Shown here: in pieces, positions 56,499 through 64,000 of the stretch
Position numbering within the stretch: the stretch's first letter is position 1
How the letters are laid out: the number at the start of each line of letters is the position of its first letter
Assembly: GCA_965240325.2 (NCBI GenBank)
Contig: OZ251239.1
Coordinates: 930,001-994,000, forward strand
DNA length: 64,000 nucleotides
Reading direction: 5' to 3'
Origin: Rebecca billardiae RCC1528
Lineage: Eukaryota; Protista; Haptophyta
Translations under genes and position numbers: made by a program
The notes under the pieces: generated by a model
What the model was told of the DNA's origin: nothing
The model's input: the letters and a program-made list of their open reading frames with translations, nothing else
Databases searched by the model: none

Positions 56499-57242
56499 AT
56501 GGCGACCACTTCTCCTCCGCCCAACATAATCCGATCCATGTTGCCGTTGCTGGCCTGCGCGGCGGTCGCAGGCGGCTCGGCGGCTCGGCTTCGCGCGCAG
56601 TTCCTGGCGAACGGCGGCCTCGCCGTCACAGAGCGCGCGCTACCGGCGGACGGCTTCGAGCGCGTGCGGACGGAATGCCGCCGGCTGCGCGCGCGCGTCA
56701 AGCCGGAGGTGGGTTCCATCGCGCAGGGGCGGCTCGGGTGCCACGTGCCCGCGGGCACGGCCATCGCCGACGAACTGCTCGGCCCCGACATGTGCAGCCG
56801 CGTCGGCGCGCTCCTCGGCGAGCCCGTTGCCCCGCGCGATTTTCCCGTCGAATTGCGAGTTTATCCAAAGGGCGCGTCGATGCCGCCGCACAGCGACACG
56901 CTCCTCTTCACGCGCCCGCACGTCGAGCTCGTGCTGACGGTGGACAACGACTCGGACTCGGAGACGCGCTGGCGCGGCGCGGACGGCGCGCTGCACGGCC
57001 GCTGGCTGCCGCCAAACTCGCTGCTCGTCGTGCTCGCGGGAGGGTGCGAGCACGCGGTCACGCCCTCCACGCGCGGCGAGCGGCTGATTCTGAAGGCGCT
57101 GCTGGCGCCGACGAGCGAGTGCGCGCCCGCGGTTGGCGGTGCGATCGAGGTCGCGCGGCGCGTGTACCGGGGCAGCGCGCCGCCCGCTAAGGCGGCGCGC
57201 ACCGGGGAGCGCCAAGCACGTGCCTCCCGCCGGAGTCGGTGA
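56499..57242 (+). CDS. 2OG-Fe(II) oxygenase (P4H-like), 247 aa, possible N-terminal targeting peptide, intronless
   Basis: ELRVYPKGASMPPHSD..ELVLTV..EHAVTP..GERLILK (HxD..H..R). Hydrophobic MLPLLACAAVAGG at the second Met. Confidence 0.85.
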   Translation: MATTSPPPNIIRSMLPLLACAAVAGGSAARLRAQFLANGGLAVTERALPADGFERVRTECRRLRARVKPEVGSIAQGRLGCHVPAGTAIADELLGPDMCSRVGALLGEPVAPRDFPVELRVYPKGASMPPHSDTLLFTRPHVELVLTVDNDSDSETRWRGADGALHGRWLPPNSLLVVLAGGCEHAVTPSTRGERLILKALLAPTSECAPAVGGAIEVARRVYRGSAPPAKAARTGERQARASRRSR

Positions 57243-57614
57243 CTGATGATGATCGGTCCGCGCAGCTGCTGCGCTCGCCGCCTACTCTGCTCAGCCAAGG
57301 GCGGTAGGTAGCCCAGCCTGCCGCTGCTCGCACACCCGCGTCGGCGGCATTGCTCATCTGCCAGGTGACGGGCGATGATGAGGCGAGCTCTCAGACGCGA
57401 GCAGACGCAGTGAGATGTCCGCGGTGAGCGCGGCAGACGGCTTCACGGCTAGTCCACATGTGGTGCAACAGCCCGAACAGGGGCAGACGACTTCGGCCCC
57501 GCTCCGGAGTGCCATGCTTTTCATATATATTGAATGAACCCACCGGCGGATGCGCCATCGACATCAATCTGCTGACCAGCGGCAGCTGCCGCGCCTGCCC
57601 GCAGCCCGGACCCT

Positions 57615-57960
57615 CGCGGCCAAGGGAGTGATACTAGATAGCCGTAGTAATTAACTGCTTAGTGCTTAGTAAACGAGGGTCCCATTTACGACTTTACGAG
57701 GGTCGCCGGGCAAGCCACTCGGTGAAGGCCCCGTGCGATGTGTGCGCCCGGGTCCGGCGTATTATTTGTTTTTCCGTTCCGGGTACCCGCTGTGTATGAA
57801 AAGATACAAGAATACGGTCGTATCGGTCCAGAGTCCGGCTTTCTCCATTGAAACACAGTGCTGCAAAACACCGGCGGACCCGGGCGCACACATCGGTCTC
57901 GCGACCGACACGCTTGGCTTTAATGCCCGACCCTCGTTTACGGCTATCTCCCTTGTCGCG
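57615..57960. repeat. Imperfect nested palindrome (MITE-like)
   Basis: gtaaacgagggtc 57669-57681 / gaccctcgtttac 57929-57941; gatgtgtgcgcccgggtccg ~57737-57756 / cggacccgggcgcacacatc ~57875-57894; agatagccg / cggctatct outside these. Confidence 0.6.
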
Positions 57961-58038
57961 GCCTTCATTTCCTTTCACTCGGACCTTTGCACGAAGACGG
58001 TCCGTCGGTCGTATGAGACGTAATACGTATGACGTCGT

Positions 58039-61000
58039 TATTGGGATTACCGCAAGCTCCGAGCGTCTCGAGCCCTGCTAAAAGCTCACCGCGCACGACA
58101 GGACGGACGCCACCGCGAGGATCACATGCCTCGCGATCTCATCAGCTCTCAAGCCTCTGAACCTGGCCCTTATTTCCGGCGCTCTTGCGCCGGGCCAAAA
58201 CAGCGATCGAGCTCCGATCGCTCCTGGGCTCGGGGCGGTAGTATCATCGCCGTGCCGACTTACCCAGATTTTGCCGCGATCAGCCAATCGGCGATCGCAC
58301 CGTCCGTCCTGTTGCCGCTCAACTTTGTACCACTGCTTCTCGTCCATGTCCGGTGCTGCTCACCTGCTTTCCTTGGACAAATCCAGTGTACCAGCATGAC
58401 GCCCGCGCTGCTCCGCGCTGCTCCGCGCTGCTCCGCGCTGCTCCGCGCTGCTCCGCGCTGCTCCGCGCTGCTCCGCGCTGCTTTGCGCTGCTCCGCGCTG
58501 CTCCGCGCTGCTCCGCGCTGCTCCGCGCTGCTCCGCGCTGCTCCGCGCTGCTCCGCGCGCTCCGCGCTGCTCCGCGCGCCCCGCGCTGCTCCGCGCTCCC
58601 GCGCCGCTGCGCCCGCGCTGCTCCGCGCCCGCGCCGCTGCGCCCGCGCTGCTCCGCGCTCGCGCGTCTGCTGCCGCGCGCGTCCTGGACGCGCGCGCTGC
58701 CAGCCACTGCTCCGCAGCAGCTGCTGCCGCCGGCCCGCCTGATGCGGCGCCAGCCCTGACACCCCAGCGGCAACGCCATCTGCTGAGATGCGTGCCCCAG
58801 ACTGTGCCAGTTCATCCGCACTGCTGCTCTGCAGCAGCTGCGCCGCCGGTCTGCCTGCTGCAGCACCGGCCCTGACTCACCGCCGGCGACGCCATCTGCT
58901 GAGATGCGCGCCCCTGGCCTCGTCAGCTCAACACCCCCCCTCGACAGCCATAGCCGCGAGCGAGTAGCACCGCTCATCGCGCGCGCGTCGGGTGTCGCAC
59001 ACCATGATGGCGTCGACGTGCCACTCAAACGTAGCAGCGTCGTCCGTCGCCTTCGTCATGATGTCGGCGTGGTACATTGACCTCACGCCACGTACTCCGC
59101 CTCCGTCGAGCTCAGCTGGGCCATAACCTGCAGCCCGCTGCTGTGCCACGACACCGGCGATCCATTGTAGAAGACAATGATGCAGCCACCCGTCGACCTC
59201 CACCCGGATTCCCCTGGGTTGTTAGACCAAACAGAGTCACCCAAAGTGAGCAAGTCGTCGAGCTCGTCAATCTCCGCGCGCTGGACCAACGCCTTGTCCG
59301 CGTCGGTCAGCCTCGCGCGCGCCGCTGCCTCTGGCAGCCGTATCCGCGTGCTCGCGTTCGTGCCGAATCGCTCGAGCCCGCCATCGATCGCCTCTGCGAC
59401 CCGCGGCAACCCGCCCGCATCTGCGCGGCGGTCCCGCGCCAAAGTTGCGCCGGTGGTATATCATACCACCAGTGCGACTGCGCCCATGGCGCGCCCGCAC
59501 CGCCCCGATCGCCGGCCTGCGGCATCGGCGGCTGTGCGCCCGTGCGCCCGCGCTGCTGCGCCCGCGCTGACCCGCGCCCGCGCTGCTGCGCCCGCGCACC
59601 TGTGCTACGCGGCGGCCCGCCAGCATCTGCTGCGGCCCCGCGCCGGGATTCCGTCGGCGGGATCCGACCCTGCCGACCCAGGCTGTGTCGCTGACGCGCC
59701 TGCTCCGCCACGCCCGCCCTGCGGCGTCGGCGTCGACGGCTGTGCGCACGCGCTGCTGCGCCCGCGCGCTGTTCCGCGCCTGCGCTGCCGCGCCCGTGCG
59801 CTGTTCCGCACCTGCGCTGCCGCGCCTGCGCGCTCCGCGCCCGCGCTGCTGCGCTCGCGCGCTGTTCCGCGCCCGCGCTGCTGCGCCCGCGCGCTGTTCC
59901 GCGCCCGCGCTGCCGCGCCCGCGCGCTGTTCCGCGTCCGCGCTGCCGCGCTCGCGCGCCGACGCCGACGCATCTGCGTCGCCGTCGTTCCTGACGTCGAA
60001 CTCCGTCGCGTCGTCGTCACCGGCGTCGGCCGGCGGCTCGCCGCCGTCGCCGTCATCGTCCTGCGCCGCGCGGCGGCCCGCCAGCATCTGCTGCGGCCCC
60101 GCGCCGTGATTCCGCCGGCGGTATCTGACCCTGCCGACCCGGCTGCGTCATCGACGCGCCTGTCCCGCCACGCCCGCCCTGCGGCGTCGGCGTCGACGGC
60201 TGTGCGCCCGCGCTGCTGCACCCGCGCTGTCCCGCGTCCACGCTGCTGCGCCCGCGCCCCGACGTTGACGCATCTGCGTCGTCGTCGTACCCGACGTCGA
60301 ACTCTGTCGCGTCGTCATTCCCGGCGTCGGCTGGCTGCTCGCCGCAGTCGCCGTCATCCGCGCCCGCGCTGCTGCACCCGCGCTGTCCCGCGTCCACGCT
60401 GCTGCGCCCGCGCCCCGACGTTGACGCATCTGCGTCGTCGTCGTACCCGACGTCGAACTCTGTCGCGTCGTCATTCCCGGCGTCGGCTGGCTGCTCGCCG
60501 CCGTCGCCGTCCTCGTCCTCACCGTCGGCGTCACCGCCGACCGGACGATGTCCGCCGCTTACCGCGGCGCCGTCACCATCACCCACGTACGCGCCACCGT
60601 CAGGTGCGCCCAGCGACGAGTGCCCCCCCTCGACCAGGTCGGTCTCGTCGATGCGTACGTCACGCAAGTGAAGAGACGTCCGTCGTCTACACGACATACG
60701 TACCAGAGTACGTTGAAGCCACGGAGCTGCTCCGCGCGCGGCGCGCGCTGATCGCCGCCGCCGCTGCCTCCTCCGCCCTCGCAGCCAGTCGGTATCTCTC
60801 CGCCGTCTTGGCCGCCGCCACGATCCCCGCCGTCGCCACCGCCGCCTGAGCCAGGCGATGAGCTTCGTGCGTGGACGTGTGGGTGCCGCCGCCACCACCG
60901 GGCGTACGACCACCTGGTTCGGTGCGCCCAGCGCCGCCGAGCCACTGCCGCGCGCTGCTGCGCGCACACACGCCGCACCGGCGTCCTGCGCCGTGCGTGT

Positions 61001-62960
61001 GCTTCCGACGCCTCAGCGTCGGGTCCCCACCTGCCGCCGAATGATCTCGGCCCGCAGCATGGAATCGAGCTGAACCTCCCGGCGTGGGCCGAGTGCCATG
61101 CACTGCCCCGCCGTCACCCCGCACTCGCGCCTTGCGCGCGCGCGGATACTGCGACTCAAAGATCGCGCCAGCGCCGCCGTCTCGGCGGCACTGCCAGCTG
61201 CGCCTCGCGTCAGCTGCAGACGTAGTCTCGGCACCGCTGCGCCGCCCCGTCATGATCCCGCGCTCGCGCCTCGCGCGCGCGCGATTCCCGCGACTCAACA
61301 GTCGCGCCAGCGCCGCCATCTCGGTGGCACTGCCAGCTGCGCCTCGCGTCAGCTGCCGGCGTAGGACCAGTGCCAAGCACTGCCCGCCGCCGTAACGGCG
61401 CTCGTGTCGCCAGATTCCACCCGGACGATTCCGATAGATCCGGGTGTGCCAACCGCCGGACCTGTGTCCAGTCCGGTCGTGCCAGCCGTGCCAGCCGGAC
61501 CGCAAAACCCAGTCCAGCTGCCAGCCGCCATCCGGTGCCCTAGACCACCGGACAGGTTGATGAGCCAGCCCCTCCGAGTAGATCGCCGAGCCCGCCGTCG
61601 CCGCCGTCAGCTGCCGTGCAGCCACCCGGCGCTCGGGGTGCGTGCTCGCGCCGATCGTGCCAGTAGCGCTGCTCAGTCATCCGCCGCTGCACGCAGTAGT
61701 TCTCCTGCACCAGCTGCATCCGCTCAGATCCAATCGTGAGCTTCCGGGAGGCTGTCGTGTCGGGCTCATCACCGACAGGTACTGTTCCTCCCAATCGACG
61801 CGAAGTTCCGCGTCCGGGCCATGCGCGGAGATGATGCCGATGATCCCTGGCATCGTAGCGCCATGCCCCATCGAGAGCGTCGCCAGTTTGCCCGCGCTCT
61901 CGGCCAGGAACCTCTGCTGCATTCCATGCGACGCCAGAGTTCCTCGTTCCGCCCATCCTGCAACCGCGGCCGCTCGTGCCCATCAGCCCAATCGATGAGA
62001 AAGGACAGTGCGGACAACTCCCTCCCTGGGGTTGCTGCGCGCATATTGGGATTACCGCAAGCTCCGAGCGTCTCGAGCCCTGCTAAAAGCTCACCGCGCA
62101 CGACAGGACGGACGCCACCGCGAGGATCACATGCCTCGCGATCTCATCAGCTCTCAAGCCTCTGAACCTGGCCCTTATTTCCGGCGCTCTTGCGCCGGGC
62201 CAAAACAGCGATCGAGCTCCGATCGCTCCTGGGCTCGGGGCGGTATTATCATCGCCGTGCCGACTTACCCAGATTTTGCCGCGATCAGCCAATCGGCGAT
62301 CGCACCGTCCGTCCTGTTGCCGCTCAACTTTGTACCACTGCTTCTCGTCCATGTCCGGTGCTGCTCACCTGCTTTCCTTGGACAAATCCAGTGTACCAGC
62401 ATGACGCCCGCGCTGCTCCGCGCTGCTCCGCGCTGCTCCGCGCTGCTCCGCGCTGCTCCGCGCTGCTCCGCGCTGCTCCGCGCTGCTCCGCGCTGCTCCG
62501 CGCTGCTCCGCGCTGCTCCGCGCTGCTCCGCGCGCTCCGCGCTGCTCCGCGCTGCTCCGCGCTGCTCCGCGCTGCTCCGCGCGCTCCGCGCTGCTCCGCG
62601 CGCCCCGCGCTGCTCCGCGCTCCCGCGCCGCTGCGCCCGCGCTGCTCCGCGCCCGCGCCGCTGCGCCCGCGCTGCTCCGCGCTCGCGCGTCTGCTGCCGC
62701 GCGCGTCCTGGACGCGCGCGCTGCCAGCCACTGCTCCGCAGCAGCTGCTGCCGCCGGCCCGCCTGATGCGGCGCCAGCCCTGACACCCCAGCGGCAACGC
62801 CATCTGCCGCTGAGATGCGTGCCCCAGACTGTGCCAGTTCATCCGCACTGCTGCTCTGCAGCAGCTGCGCCGCCGGTCTGCCTGCTGCAGCACCGGCCCT
62901 GACTCACCGCCGGCGACGCCATCTGCTGAGATGCGCGCCCCTGGCCTCGTCAGCTCAACA
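58039..62960 (-). mobile_element. Non-autonomous Ty1/Copia-derived LTR retrotransposon, 4922 bp
   Basis: LTRs 58039-58933 and 62044-62960; TSD GTCGT at 58034-58038 and 62961-62965; PPT GAGGGGGGG at 58934-58942. Relics RSTGG..SPVSW..LSSTEAEY and ADIMTK (RNase H) and RDVRIDE (integrase C-terminus). Confidence 0.92.
58405..58640. repeat. 10-bp minisatellite (gctgctccgc)n inside the LTR; second array at ~62410-62680
   Basis: Seen directly; unit number differs between the two LTRs. Confidence 0.9.
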
Positions 62961-63262
62961 GTCGTATATTTGTGTCTGCTGCACGTCTGTGCTGTGACGA
63001 GTGACGCCCATATTGTCGGGCATATTGAGACTGACTTACGTGTACGTGACGACTTTCGAGACTGCGCCGCGCCGCGGGGACGTCCCCCTTCCCCTGCCCG
63101 GCCCGGGCGGGCCCGAAGTCGAACGAAGGCGCATGATTGTTATTGCGTAAAGTTTAGTGGCGTGCTTGAGAGCTGCATGCAGAGAATCCGTTTATTGCCC
63201 AGCCGGAGCGGCGCGCGCGGCAGGCGACGAGCTCGCGAGCAAGGAAGCGTCAAGCACCTCCG

Positions 63263-64000
63263 ATGCCGAAGGCCCGCAACACGAGGCGGAAGGAGAAAGC
63301 GGACTCCTCCCCTTGGAAGGGGCGTGGCCGTAAAGTTGCGTCGGACCATCCGGACGACGACGATGGCGTGCAGCTCTTCGCGCAGCAGCTCCGCGCCGCC
63401 GCGGGCGGGGTCGCGGGTAATTTGCAGGAGCTCTCGCTGTGCGCGCATGCCCTGCAGTACGCCTCGCCCCGCGTGCGCGAGCTTGCCGCAGACACGCTCG
63501 CGGAGCGCGGCGCCGACCCGGAGGCGCGCGCACGCGCGGCGAGCTACGGCTCGCCCGCCATCGAAGCGCTCGCGCACGCGCTCGAGTGTGACCACGCCGA
63601 CGTCCGCATCGCCGCGGCGCGCGCGCTTGCTCAGCTGGTGCGGAGCCAGGCGGTCGGGCTGCGCGCAGCCGGGTGCGCCGGCCGCGCGCTCGCGGCCGCC
63701 CTCTCGGACGAGAGCATGCCCCTGCGCGAGGCCGCCGCGGCCGCGCTCGCGAGCATCTTCTCGCCCCTCGCCACGTTCGGCGCCGATGGGGACTTTGCGC
63801 TGGACGGCGAGGCTGACGACTGGTGGCGTCCGATCGCGGACGGCGTGCTCGAGCTGCTCAGGGCGGGCGGCGTGAGCGAGGCCGGGCGCAGCGCCGCGCT
63901 GGACCTGTGCCTGTACGCGACGTGCTCGGTGTACGGCTTCGCCGAGCTCGCGATCGCGCGCCAGATCCCGCCGCTGCTCATCGCGCTCGCGGAGGACGAG
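63263..64000 (+). CDS. HEAT/ARM-repeat protein, 3' end outside the window
   Basis: ATG at 63263 gives MPKARNTRRKEK.. and the frame stays open to the edge. SPRVRELAADTLA, HADVRIAAARALAQL and ESMPLREAAAAALASI are HEAT-like. Confidence 0.75.
   Translation, partial: MPKARNTRRKEKADSSPWKGRGRKVASDHPDDDDGVQLFAQQLRAAAGGVAGNLQELSLCAHALQYASPRVRELAADTLAERGADPEARARAASYGSPAIEALAHALECDHADVRIAAARALAQLVRSQAVGLRAAGCAGRALAAALSDESMPLREAAAAALASIFSPLATFGADGDFALDGEADDWWRPIADGVLELLRAGGVSEAGRSAALDLCLYATCSVYGFAELAIARQIPPLLIALAEDE

Noticed and set aside
59115-59132. Copia half-tRNA-iMet PBS-like GGTTATGGCCCAG on the minus strand
   Set aside because: It lies inside the RNase H relic (QVMAQLSSTEAEY), far from the 5' LTR; likely coincidence.

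Overview
Very GC-rich eukaryotic nuclear DNA with short GT-AG introns (mostly GTGCG donors, all ending CAG). Composition and gene style suggest a haptophyte-type alga, which is inference only. Bases 1-31 kb are a host gene block: a TIR/HET-like-TPR protein, an F-box/RCC1 protein, tRNA-Phe(GAA), UTP20, a NYN/C2H2 protein, a 4-exon 99-aa orphan, LIN9/ALY and a second TIR/HET-like-TPR protein. Bases 31029-48794 are an apparently intact 17.8-kb Mutator (MULE) transposon with ~490-bp TIRs and a 9-bp TSD (TTGAATCTA). It has two convergent genes. One splices into a ~3600-aa transposase carrying a 2OG-Fe(II) dioxygenase, MuDR Zn finger, DDE core, SWIM, PHD, HhH, a degenerate OTU and an intact OTU domain. 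This is the strongest candidate for an undescribed system here. Bases 49-63 kb hold a SLATT-like gene and a dense transposon cluster: a MITE, a Merlin-like element, a TTAA foldback element containing a deleted hAT, a 2OG-Fe(II) gene and a non-autonomous Copia-derived LTR element with TG..TA ends. A HEAT-repeat gene runs off the right edge. A ~70-bp structured module lies ~30 bp upstream of two unrelated intronless genes. All domain calls are by eye from motifs; no searches were run.
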